Shown piece after piece: positions 42,475 through 59,129 of a stretch of 64,000 nucleotides of DNA; within the stretch, counting starts at the first letter, position 1, and each line of letters begins with the position of its first letter. The notes beneath the pieces are model-generated. The model did no database searches, was not told the origin of the DNA, and saw nothing but the letters and a program-made list of their open reading frames with translations. The DNA comes from the human T2T-CHM13v2.0 reference genome, Homo sapiens: NCBI RefSeq assembly GCF_009914755.1, contig NC_060925.1; one strand, 5' to 3'. Both the position numbers and the translations under genes were made by a program.

Positions 42475-45400
42475 GGGTATAGAGTCATGGCTCACAAGCT
42501 ACTCGGAAGCCAAGTGGAGCAGCCGCACATCAGGAGCGGGGGCATGGGGCATGGGGCCTGCTACTGCCTGGCAACTCGTATTTTATCTGCAGCCGCACTT
42601 GCTGGTGTCTTTGTCCTCCTCCAGCCACAGGATTCTCCTAACCTAGAGCCTTGGGAGTCTCTCTCTGTGGCTCAGAGGGACTGCAGGGTGCCTTCTTGTG
42701 GGCATGGGCTCAGATTCCAACAGTAACACCCATGCAAGTTGCCAGCCCCCTTGTCTGCAGCCTGGCCTCCATCTCCCCTGAGGGACAGGAGTGGTGTGGG
42801 GCTGGAGAGGGGCAGTCCCATACCTGGATTCCTCACCCCTTACAGATACAGGCTCCTGAAGTCAGGAACCGAATAACTGAGTCTGAGATGGAAATTCCCA
42901 GGAAAATCTTCAAGGCAAATTTACAAGGGATATCCCCCCATCACCCCCATCGTGTGCAGCCCTATCAGAGATGTCCATGTTATGGAAAGAGTGACAGGAA
43001 TCTGCCCTCCTCCCCTTCACCAGTCAGATCGTCACCTGTCTGACTGTTCAGACATTTCACTCCCCTTGTGGGAAGTGGGGTGTGGACTGGGGCAGCTTTA
43101 TGTATTTATTTTTCTCATTATCCTAGGAGTGTATGGGGGAAAAGGAAAGTATCAAAAAAGTGCAAATCAGGCAAAAAAAAAATCTGTTCTGCTCTGTAGA
43201 TGCAGCCTCCATTGACATCTTTGCTTATTCTCAATCTTTTCTTCTTTCTGCTTTTTTTTCCTTTTATATACCATTTTATGTCCTTTCTGCTTTTTTTTTG
43301 ACTTCATGTTATATCGTGTTTCCCGAAGTCATCTAAATGTTTTCATAAAGAATGTTTTAACGGTGTCTGTGATTGTATGGATATGCCATAATTCATTTAA
43401 CTATCTTGCTAATGTTGGGTAAAGATTGTTTCCATTTTTTTGCTATTAAAAATAATGCAAGACTTATCTTTGTGCATAAAATTTTGTCTTGGGATGGATT
43501 TTTAGAGATGAATTCCTGAGTCAAATGGGAGGAAGAGAGATGTTTCTTTTACTTCAAATATGAATTAAAGAGATGTATTGATTCCCATTAGGAACCTGGC
43601 TGTCTTACCTGCCTAGAACACAGAACTTCCCCACATAACCTACATCAGCCCTGGGGAAAGATTGCTGGTGCAGATCCCATCAAAGTTGTGGAGCTTTTGC
43701 TGTTAGTATAAACAGGGACATTATCAAGAAAGCTTCCTCCTTCTCTCTAAACACAGTTTGCAAATATTCAGGGAATTGGTGGTGGGGTGGGAGGGGCTGA
43801 TGATTCCTGAAACTGCACACAGCATGGGCGCAGCTATTGCTTATACCATCACAGGAAACACTTCTGGGAGGGATTCCATTTTGTAAAATTCCTCAGGGCC
43901 TGGGATTTAAATCTCAACCCTCTGGCCCCTTTCCAGTCATCAAGCCTGGTGGCGCATGCTTGAGCCGTCTGGAATGGTGGAAAGAACCCGGAATTAGAAT
44001 CAGATGACCTGGGCGCAAGTCCTCACTCTGTCCTGAGCTATGTGGCCAAATCCAAGGCACTTAACCTCTCTTGGTCCCTGTTAGTTCATCATTCATATGG
44101 GACTGCTATAAGGATATAAATGAGTATGTACGAACAAGCAAAGGGCCATGTCTACATGAGTGATTTATGATTTCTGTTGTAATAAATGAGGTTGGCAGTT
44201 GTCCCAGTGAGCCCGTGGCAGGCTCTGAGGTCCCTTGGGTTGTCTGTCTCAGGAGTAGCCTTGGCAGGGCCCAGGGAGCCCTGTCATCCAGTACATGTAG
44301 CGTTCCTAGCAGTGAGGCAGAGCCTTCCCTCTGCAGCCAGCAGATCAGCCGCAGTGGGTGGCTGGCACCTGGGAAAGGGAGATGCATGAGGACCAGGCAC
44401 TGGGTGGGGAAAGCCGGTCTTGATTGACTCCTTCACTCCATATGTAACTTGTTAGGTGCCAGTGCCTGGTGCTGACTGCTGGGGATACAGGGATAAATGG
44501 GACAGCGAAAGTTCTACCAACTCTGCCAAGACATGCACTGGCAACCCTTCCTGGAGCCTCTTGGGGGTCTGTCTAGGTGCTCTCAGAGAGAGGGACAAGT
44601 GGGGGTGACCACAAGTGCTGACATGGACAGTCCTTACGGGCTGGAACTTCCAGCAGACCTGATTTAAATTCAGACTTTACTACTTCCTGGTTGTGTGACC
44701 TTGGACAAGTCATTTCTCTCCAAGGCTGAGTTTTTCTGTAAATTGGAACTAATGATATACTCAAATCCTGGCCTAGGGACTGCCTGACAAATAGAACCTG
44801 TTCGTAGGTAGTAGCTCAGATTACTGTCACCACAAATGGGTCATAGGACACGAAGGCTTATGGGTACACACCCAAAGGAGGAGGGCTGAGGGTCATTCTT
44901 GGAGCCTGAGAGGGGTTCTAGTTGGGGTGAACCCATGAGGGGCATTGAAGCTAGACTATTCCTGAAGGTAGGAGATAAACTGGCCTGAATGAAGCAGCTT
45001 GTCACCCACCTTCTTTTCTGGACTCATGGGGGCTGCTGGGTTGCATCATTCCTGGACATTTAATGTGCTCCCTATAGGCTGAGCCCTGCAGACATGGGAC
45101 ACTGGGTGCAGTCAGGTGGCAGGTTGTGCCCATTCTGCTGTGCTGGCTGAGTAGGGTATACGAGGAGACCCTGAGCAGCGCCCCGCCTCCTGGTGCTCGG
45201 CTTGGACACTGGCTCTTACGGCCTCGTCCCTGGCCTGCAGGGCTGGCAGGGCTGTGTGCGGGGAAGGGTAATGAGTTCACACAGGTGCCTAGTTTTGCTG
45301 AGATTTACAGGAGCTGCAGCGAGGGCAGTCGGATGCCCAAGCCTGGTCTCCTGGTGTGGCACTTCACCAAGTGAATCCCCCTCCCAGTCGCCCACTTGCC

Positions 45401-45626
45401 CTTCCTTGAATCTATTCTTACTTTAAGGACAAGATCTCTGGGTGAGGCGTCTCTGAAGCCAGTTTCTGTGTCCTAAGCAAGTCAGTGTCAAAGTGGCTTT
45501 CTTTTTACCCACATCCGGCTCAGCAGGCCCTGTCAGAAGATGTTCCCCAAACCCCAGTGGCCACCAACAACGAGGATGCAGCCCGTTCCTCGCCTTGTGG
45601 CTCAGGCTAAGGCTGATCTCTGCCTC

Positions 45627-45931
<305 letters not shown>

Positions 45932-46189
45932 GCATATCTGCCATTTTCTCCTCTGCTGAGAGGTGGCCAGACAGGGCAGTTATTGTCTGGCTGGGTGGCA
46001 GAAAGAGCATGGGCTTTGAATCCAGACAGGCCTGGGTGGAAACTCTGGGTTACTGCTTAGGGGCTGTGGAGTGGGGCAGGGGTCCCGCCTCCAGTCTGTG
46101 GTGAGGATTAGAGAGGAGACCTGCAAAGGCTTAGCCCCGTGCCAGGCACAGAGCAGGCACTTGATCGGGGGGTGCTATTATTGCCATTA

Positions 46190-46895
<706 letters not shown>

Positions 46896-47749
46896 CAAGC
46901 GTCAGCTGCGATGAGGATGCTGCAAAACCCTTAGAACAGTGTGTGCTGCTCCCATTTTGATTGGGGTGGGCGTCCAAGTCCCCTGGACCCAGGAAGCCAC
47001 ATGAGGACTTCAGGGCTTTCCCAGCCCTGATTCCCCCTGTTTTTTCCCCCAGCCCTCAAATGCCCATGGCAGAAATCTTGGGTGAGCCAATCATTGGTAG
47101 GCTGTGTACCTCTCACAACTTCATTTAAGCAGCTTACACTGGAACTTTTAACAGGAGGAGGTGGGGAAGGTTAGGGTTCACAATCTTGGAATAAATCAGC
47201 CTCCTGCCAATGGCCAATGGGGGTCAGCTGGCCAGCCTTGAAAGTACTTAACAGATATCCATCTTTCCAATAAATCTGTGTAGTCCGTGAGAAATTCATC
47301 CTCCCTTGGCAGCAGGGGAAATTGTCAAGGGGCACAGAGTCCTGGAATGTCACCCCAGAAGGGTTCTTTGATGGCGAGTCCAACCCCCTCATTTAGAGTT
47401 GAGGAAACCAAGGCTCAGAGAGGGGAAAGGGCTTGCCTGGTGTGATCCAGAATGTTAACTGGGGGACCGGGACTGGAACTCTGGTGTCCTGAGTCTCAGT
47501 GCAGCGCTCTTTGCGCCGCACACTCTGAGATCAGCTAGATCGTTCAAGGCCATGCTGTCAAAACAGAGCTCTGCCCATCATGGCCAAGTCACCACTAGCA
47601 ACTAGAAATCCTCAGAGCATTAGCAGGGGGAAACTGTCTCTTAGGAGGTGTATGATTTCGGGCCCAAGAACCCATTCCTTGCACATACATTATGCCAGGC
47701 ACCATAGCTGTATTCACTCTCTTTCTAAAATATATATATTTCTTAATTA

Positions 47750-47856
47750 ATTCAGACGGGGTCTTGCTGTGTTGCCTGGGCTGATCTTGAACTCCCATGC
47801 TCAAGTGATCCTCTCAAAGTGCTAGGATTACAGGCGGGAGCCACTGCGTCCAGCCC
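47750..47856 (-). mobile_element. Alu monomer fragment
   Basis: agacggggtcttgctgtgttgcc...gattacaggcgggagccactgcg. Confidence 0.8.
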
Positions 47857-48308
47857 ATAGCTGTATTCCCTTTGTCTGCCTCACAGCCCTTATAAAATCT
47901 AAATTACCCATCTTATCCCCATTGCACAGATGAGGAGATTGGGATTTGGCAAGTTTGAGGACTTGCAAAGTCTTAATCCCAGTTCCGCTGGACTTCAAAA
48001 CCCAAGCCATAAACTACCATGCTGCCATGTCTCCCAGTGACCACATACAGTGGCCGCCAAGAACACAGTGGGGTAGGGGAATGGTCTCTGGGTTGGTGTG
48101 TGCCACGTCCTGTACACCACTGCCCCCAGTGGAAGGCCAGGGAAGGCATGTGATTCGTGGTCAGGGTCTGCAGCCTCCCATCTCTAGGCATCATCATTTA
48201 TTAGACATCAGCTGAGTACTCAGGGGTCGAACAGAAGACTCAGATTTCCCTCTTTTCTTCCACCATAGGAACATCTTTTATGCGTGCCTAATAACCTAAA
48301 AACATCTA

Positions 48309-49042
<734 letters not shown>

Positions 49043-49084
49043 TACTTGCAAAACATACCATTGGCTGTCAGTGTGATGGACAGA

Positions 49085-49310
49085 GAGGAGAATGGATTTG
49101 AGAACTAGACCAGCCTAAGTTTGAATCCTGTCTCTGCCACTTTGTAGTCTTGTCACTTTGGGCGAGTTTCTTAACTTCTCTGCACCTAATTTCCCCATCT
49201 GTACAATGGGGATAACAACTACTTCACTCAACAGCTGTAAGGATTAAAGAAAGTTGATGGGTGTAAAACACCTGGTGTATAGTACCTGCCCATATACATT
49301 CATAAAATGT
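49085..49310 (+). mobile_element. MIR
   Basis: tttgaatcctgtctctgccac...ttaacttctctgcacctaatttccccatctgtacaatggggataac. Confidence 0.78.
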
Positions 49311-51764
49311 AGGCTGCTGTGATTATTATGTTTGTAAAAAGTAATAATGAGAATAAGTATAGTCCAAGGAAAGAAACAGTGCCTGGTGCAGAGTAGGCTT
49401 TCAGTACATTTTGTAGAATAAATAAATTGCCTAGTGCAGTCTCTGAGTGCCCTATTTTCCCTCATGTCCTTCGGCCTGGGTTTGGCTGGGTAAGGGCTGG
49501 GTCTTGCTGTGTTCTCTATTCCTCTCATCCCCTGCAGCTGCCTTGACCTCTCGTCACAGAGTACACTCCGAATCAGCAGACAGACCCTGTAAAAAGTAGC
49601 AGTTCTGCTTAGTCAGCAGATCTGATGTTCAGGCATCTTCTCTGTGCTTGTGTGGCCAAAAGTAACATCTCCCTGCTCTGAGCCAGCCCCAGGATGACCA
49701 TGAGGAGCCCCAAATTGGATTCCGCCTCTGCCTCGCAAATCCCCAATAGAACTGCCAGCCAAATCCCCATTTTGAGGGATGATTTATGGCCTTGGGTGAG
49801 TTAAGAGGCAAAATGAACACAGCATGATTTTCAGATCACAGGCTGGGAATGTTCAGCCTTGGCAGAGAGAAAAATCATCTTTGCCTTGTAAACGGAGCAA
49901 ATATGATGTTGAAGAGGGAATAAATCCAGGCCCCAAGATGTCATTTTTACAATTGCTTTTTGGCGTGTGACTTAGTAGTGCCTTCTGCAAACTGTTCATA
50001 CTCTCCCCCTCCACACACACACACCAGCCTTGGTGGGTCTTTTTGTCGGGGTGAGAGTTACTCCACCAGTGTGGCTGCCTTGGGAACTGCAGATGTTGCC
50101 AGATAGATAGTTTGTGAAAACCAGCTGCTTCCCTAGTACGTGGATCTCCACGTATGTTTCTGGGAGGTAGCAGCTTTGACTTCAGAGATATGCCTGGGTT
50201 TAAATCCCATCCCTAGCACTTACCAGCTGAGTGAAATTGGGCAAGTCACAAACTTCTCTGAACCTCAGTCTACTCACCTGTGAAATGGGGGGTTAGCACA
50301 TAGTAAGCCTTCACCAAACATTACATTTTTTTTCTTCCCTGCAGGTATACACACCCTTCCCGGTGTATACATTTGACTTATCTGGCTGAAAATACCATAA
50401 CTACTTGATGAGTTTTGGTTTTTGGAGGTTTTTTTCTGGAGAAAAAAAATCCATAGCTCCTGGAAACTCAGTGTTGGGCTATGTTGCTCACTGATTCTGG
50501 CAGGCCGCGGTGCACATTCCTGACCCAGGCTTTGAGTTTGTTTTGAGAAAAAGCTGTCATCAGCTTTGTAAGTGGTGATGTTGCAATTCCTTGGATAGAA
50601 TGGGTCAGGCTTAAGGGCAGCAAGCAAACCTTCCTGGTAGTCACATGCTTTGAGAGCCCTGAAAGCGCCATCCGGAGGCCAGAGGATATAAAAGTCGGAG
50701 GAAATGGCTTAGGAGCACTGGTCACTGATAGCCAGGCCCTTAGCCCAAGGAAGATAAGAGAACCTGCTGTTAGACAGATGCTACGGCCCCATGGTGGTCT
50801 CCTTGTGGCCTTGAGTGACATGTGCACAATTCCTCGGCCACCTTCTGATGATCAGAACATTCCTGGGGCCCAAGGGGTGATCATCAGAGCAAAGCACGCC
50901 TCGAAATTAGCTTGCTGCAGTGTCGTGCACTCACACCGCCGACCGACCACTCACCGCTCCACACTCTGCGCTTTCCTTCTTCAAAGAGTTTTTGCCAAGC
51001 AGTTTCTAATTAAGATGCATCTTGGCCATTTTCTTGTTCTTTAAAAGGCTTTCCACTAGCACAGAGCATAATTTATTTCTCTAGAAAATATAGTAGCAAG
51101 TTGTTGTCAAAAGAAAATTGGAGGTTAGGAGCCTTGGGTTCGTGTCCCCGCTCTGGCGCCAGCAGCCGAGTGAGCCGGCCTCCTCTGGGCCTCGTCTCTT
51201 CATCAGTACAAAGGGGTTTGCTTTGTCTCTGCCCAGGGTTCTGTGACTGCTGGTTGGTTACTAGGTTGATTTCTTTCTGTCTTTCTTTCTTTTTCATTTC
51301 GAAGGGGGTATTGGGCTGGTCTTCTTGGAATCTGAGATTTCAGCAACAAGTCTTGTTCCTGTCAGGAGAGGAGTGAGTCAGGGTGTCTATTCCCAGAGCA
51401 AGTTGCTGGGGATGTAGGAGATGATTCATATTGAAATTGACATTCTCTCCTGGTGGCAGCGTGTTCCGCCCACTTTGCGAAGACCTTTCCTTCCTTAGAA
51501 ACAAGGCTGAGCCTACAGCAAGAGCCTCCTTTTCTTCTCACCGCATTGATGGCAGCACTTGCCAAGTTTCCCAGCAAACCCTGTGACAAATAGGTATGTG
51601 CATTCCCAGAATCTCAGACTACCAGGCCACTTGGATCCTTTGTAGCCTGTGGTCCAGTGTCTGAGGACCGGGAGGCAGGTCCTGAGAGGGCCGGGACTAC
51701 CTGAGGTCAGACAGCCAGGATCGAACCCTGGTCTTCTAACTTGAGCCTCTATTTTTTTTTGTTT

Positions 51765-53250
<1,486 letters not shown>

Positions 53251-54010
53251 TTTCGCCTCCTGCTGAATGCTGCCTCTCTCATCATCAAACCCCACAATGT
53301 TCAAAGCCCCAGCTTCCTGGCCCAGAGCTCCCCTGCACTGCCTGCTAAGCGCTGGTCTAGAGATGGTCCCTGCTCTTCCTGCCTTCACTTACGGGTGATT
53401 TGGGGCTCCCACACCAGCTGCCTCAAGTGCTTCTTGCAGCAGCAGGAGCAATCAGTGAAGTCTTCCTTCATCCTCTTCTCTTCACACTCCCTGGTGCCAT
53501 GGGGTGGCCTCTGTTTCCCATTCCACTGCAGCTCTGGTGTGACAGGCTTAAGGTTCTATTGAAGTAGAGCTTCTCCAGTTTGGTACCAGGATAGGGGTAT
53601 TAATGGAGAAAGTGTTGACCTAGGAGTCAGGAGGCTTGGGTTCTTCAAACCCTGGCCCCACCACTAACTCACTGGGCAGGGATCACGTTTCCTTTCTTAG
53701 CCTCAGTTTTCTGTCCTGTAGAATGGGGATGATAATGCCCTCTTACAGGATTGGTGTTGGGATCTCATGAGACCGTTCCTTCATGCGGGTGGTTGTTCAG
53801 TGCCTGCCATGCGCTACAGACTGTTTAGGCATAAGACAAGTAGCAGGGAGCAAGACAGACGCTCTGTGACCCTCCCCGGCCAGTGAGGAGACAGACGCAT
53901 GAATCATACTTCCAGTGAAGACCGTCCGTGCGAGTGCTGTGAGGTACAGGCTTACACCAAGGGCTCCTCAACTCATTCTTGGAGGGGTGAGCTTCAAAAA
54001 AGCTTACTGG

Positions 54011-54305
54011 GGCCGGGTGCAGTGGTTCATGCCTGTAATCCCAGCACTTTGGGAGGTGGAGACAGGCAGATCACAAGGTCAGGAGTTTGAGACCAGCCTG
54101 GCCAGCATGGTAAAACCCCGTCTCTACTAAAAATACAAAATTAGCTGGGCATGGTGGCATGCATCTGTAACCCCAGCTACTTGGGAGGCTAGGCAGGAGA
54201 ATTGCTTGAACCCTGGAGGCGGAAGTTGCAGTGAGTGGAGATCGCGCCACTGCACTCCAGCCTGGGAGACAGAGCAAGACTCTGTCTTGGAAAAAAAAAA
54301 AAAAA
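54011..54305 (+). mobile_element. AluS (Sg-like)
   Basis: Sense dimer; TSD aaaaaagctt(a/c). Confidence 0.92.
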
Positions 54306-54365
54306 GCTTCTTGGGAAGGCTGACCTCCATACTGAGACTGGAAGCATGAATGAAGAAGCATGAAA

Positions 54366-54680
<315 letters not shown>

Positions 54681-57122
54681 TGAGAGAGGGATTATGGCAC
54701 AGAAACACATGGGCAAAGTCCTAGATGGGAGATGTGGCAAGACCTCGGCCCCTTGGGGTCTAAAAGATGTTCAGTGTGGCTGTACTGGGTGGGGGCCATG
54801 GTAAGAGACCATCTGTGAGTGGTGCTGGCATATAAATGGGGTCATAAATGCAGCTCCTGGTATTTCCTCCCCACTCTAGGTCCCAAGAGCCAGGATACCT
54901 GCCTTCTAATTGCTTTTCAGCCGTCAGTCGACTCTGCCACCCAGATGAGGCCTGATCCCCATCACAGAGCGTGGGCGTCTGGCATATGGTCTCTTGAGTT
55001 ACTTCTAGGTCCTAAAATAGCAGGTGATTGGGCCACTACTGGGTGTGTTTCATCCTGGCTGATGACAGCCTGGTGCAGCCAGGCAGACAGCAGGGTCAGC
55101 CCTGGAGACAGAGGTGCTTCATGGGTCACAGTGGCCCCATGCCGGCCCCACAGCCAGTGGAGACTGAGCCATGGCCACCTCTCTGGAAGGTGGGAGCCAG
55201 GGCTTCACTTCCCGCTGCCACTCGGGGCCTCTGAGGCAGGCAGATCTGTTTCCAAGCTCCACAGACAGCTGTTCTCCCAAGCATAAACGGTCAGCATGAG
55301 AACTATGCAGGGATCAATAGGAATTGTTGAAAAATTCTGAAAAGAGAGCCCGGAGGAAGACAAAGAGCCCCGGAAGTATGTTGTCAGCACAATTTGGTGC
55401 TAATACTCAACTTTGTTTTTCTTTTCATCAAAGTCTGAAAGGCAGTTGGAAATCCACTGCCCTTGTTTTTTTGTTGTTGTTTTTGTTTTTAATGACTGGA
55501 TAAAGCACAATTGCATTTTCTCCCCCAATAACTTTGAATTCTGGGAATAGACCATGTAGGGATAACTGCTGCTGTCTAATCCCTCCAATGGCTGCGCAAA
55601 TATTTAGGACCCGGAGGAGAGGAGTCACCCTGGCTCCCTGCCTTCCTTCTAGCACGCAGGGCATGGCTCCCAGATAATGCTCCTCTTGAAATAGCACTTG
55701 CCCAGAAATGCATCTGGAGATTGTTTTGCAACAAGAAACTGACAGTGCTTGGGGACATGGAGAATTTATTTGAGTAATTTCTTCAGTTTCTGCAAGTTTG
55801 TCCTGAGGACCTTCTCTCTACCAGGCTGGGAGCTGGGAGCAGAGTTGGGCAGAGGATGTGAAAATGAGCAGAACACAGTGGGCTCCTCGGAGAGAAGACA
55901 CAGGCCATCCCCCTGTGCTACCAGACATGATGCCGGCCTAAGGAACACATCTATGAGAAAGCGGGCATTTAAGAAGAGAGGCTTGTCATACTCCTCGAAC
56001 TCTTTAAGTGTCTTCATAAAGTTCCCCACAGTTCAGTGCCAGGGAATCACACAGATACTAGAATTTGAATGGAGGCTGGGAGGAGGTAGGCTGGGGTGGT
56101 AGATTTTGACAGACATCAGTAAATTTCTCTGTGACAGGTCGGGGGACAGGCCAGGCCAAGCGTAGGAGGCCCTGCTGGGCAGTGTTGGTGCTGCAGATGG
56201 GGTTGGGGTGGGAGGCGGGGAATGCAGGCTTGGAAGGAAGAGGCCTCTTGGGGCATTCGGCACCAGCCAGGCACCCCCCAGATGGCTGTCTGCACAGGGC
56301 TGACTTCTCCATTAGGCTTGGCGCCTAGGGCCCACAAAAATGTTTTCATTTTAATTTCTTTTAAAATCCGAGGAGAAAAAGCGAACATGATAATGAAGCC
56401 AGCCTGGATTATATCCATCTTTATGCCAATGCAGTTGTCAAGGATCATTTTAATATTCGTTTATGGAGGAAGGGGCGGCAAAGGCACCATTGCCGGGACC
56501 AGAGGAGTCATTGTGCAGCCCTGCCCTTGGTCCTTGGCTTCCTCCCCAGCCCAGGGGCCTGAAAGCCTGCACCTGCTCAGGCACCATGGGAAGGGTCCCT
56601 TTGCATTGTTGTCACAAAAGCTGGCAAATAAACCCACTGAGAACTCGAGTTCTAGTGCTGGGCAGGAAGGGCATAGCCATGGGTGCCCACCGGCTAGTGC
56701 AGACCCCTTCCTGTGAGTTTCATGTGTTGCTTACAGTAACTCTGAAGTGGGTGTCATTCTGATGAGGAAACTGAGGCTGAAAGGGAGGTGACTTGCTCAG
56801 GCCTGCACACCTGGCAAAGAGGTGTGCAGCAGGTCACAGCCAGGCTTGTCTGCCTCCAACGCCCACATTCCCTGTTTCCTCTGCCTCAGGGACTGGGAAC
56901 TGCCCAACAGGCAGGACCTCCTATTCAACTTACCTTGTGCAGCAACACATGGTATTGGCCCAGGTGGCACTTTTTGGGGTATTTGGAGATGATAAACAGC
57001 AAAACAGGGTCTGTGTGTGTGCCATTGATTCAAAGGGCGTGCGATGTGCCTCTGTTGACCCTATTCATCTTCACCCTTGTGTCCCTCCTCCCTTGTTAGG
57101 CTTTAAAAATAAAGCCATGATT

Positions 57123-57430
57123 TGGAGCAGTGGCTCACGCCTGCAATCCCGGCACTTTGGGAGGCCCAGGCGGGTGGATCACTTGAGGTCAGGAGTTCAA
57201 GACCAGCCTGGCCAACATGGAGAAACCTTAACTCTGCTAAAAATACAAAAATCAGCCGGGCGTGGTGGTGCACACCTGTAATCCCAGCTACTTTGGAGGC
57301 TGAGGCAGGAGAATCGCTTGAACCTGAGAGGCAGAGGTTGCAGTGAGCCTAGATCTCACCGCTGCACTCCAGCCTGGGTGACAGAGCTAGATGCTGTCTC
57401 AAAAAATAAATAAGTAAATAAAAGTAAAGC
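57123..57430 (+). mobile_element. AluS
   Basis: Sense dimer with (TAAA)n tail. Confidence 0.92.
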
Positions 57431-57929
57431 CAAATTAGTTAGTTACATCCCCCAAACCAAGAAGGATAAAATCCCAAACACCCGAGAGGAGGCTAATGCA
57501 TGACGATCGCCGGCCTAAGAGGATGTCCCCGTGGGGCTGCTTAGAAAGAACTTGAGCACCCAGATGGACCAGGGCAAGCCGCTTCTCATTCTTAGCCAGA
57601 GCTGACAGCAGGGCCCACATCGCCTCTGGCAGTGTGGCTTCATCCGAAGGGCCTTGAATTCCCAGGACATGAAACTCGCCCAGATCCAGATGTAAGTACA
57701 AAAGTGGGTCCCACAGTCAGTGGAGAGGCACGCTCCCTGGGCTCTCCCAGGCTCTGAGGGTCGGGGCTGCAGCTCTTCCTTCTCCTCCAAGGAGCAAAGC
57801 CAGGCAGCTCCTCAGGGCCCATCCCCCCAAAACATACCAGAGTCTACAGCTCAACTCACTGAAATGGGGAGGAAGCAAAACCCTGGAGGGAGGATCCCAG
57901 GGATTTGAAGCAGTTAAACAGAAGCACAG

Positions 57930-58110
57930 GCTTTGGCACCAGGGGGCCTGGTTCACCATTTTCTGGCTGTGTGACCTGGGGCAAGTGAATTCACCTTTCT
58001 GTGCCTCAATTTCTTCTGGAAAAATAGGAATTATAGTACCTACCTCATAGGGTAGTTGTGAAAATCCAATTAGTTAATACACTGTGAAGGGCTTAAAGTA
58101 GTACCAATAA
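57930..58110 (+). mobile_element. MIR
   Basis: gctgtgtgacctggggcaagtg...tgcctcaatttc...gtacctacctcatagggtagttgtg. Confidence 0.78.
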
Positions 58111-58309
58111 ATAGCAGTGGCTGTCATCATGATTACCATTATCTTTACCATTAGTATTGTCAAAGCTGCCCAGGGAAGCAGGAGAGTTGGGTGGCATCTT
58201 TGCGTGCCAGTGACTGCCTATGTAGCGTTGGACAAATCACTTTCCTCACCCTTCCCTGGGACTCAGACTCTGTGAATTGAACAGTTTGGATGAATTTGTG
58301 CTGCTCTTC

Positions 58310-58478
58310 GCCAGGAGGAAGCATCAGAATTGCCTGCAGGGCTTTTGCAAATGTAGACTTCCATGTTCCGTCTCCAGAAATTCTGGTTCATTGGGTCTGG
58401 AGCTGGCCCAGGGATCTGCATTAAAAATAGCATCTCTGTTGATGGTTCTGATGCACAACCCAGGTTGGGAGCCACAGT
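58310..58478. mobile_element. MER5A-like
   Basis: gcatcagaattgcctgcagggcttttgcaaatgtag...ggttctgatgcacaacccaggttgggagcca. Confidence 0.7.
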
Positions 58479-58697
58479 TAACCGGGTTAGGATCCTGAAG
58501 TGATTGGTCCCCTTCCCTCACTCCCATTAGCTCAGGTGGTGTTTTAGCAAAGGGGAAGCTCCTGCCCTCTCTGTGGGTGCTGAGGCTGTTGCCTGGGTGG
58601 GGGTCCCACTTTACTAGGTGTGGCAGGTCACCAGTTCCACAGGAAGCAGTGGTGGCTGGAGAACAGCCCTGAGGCGTGAGTGGAGCCGGCACATCTA

Positions 58698-59129
<432 letters not shown>

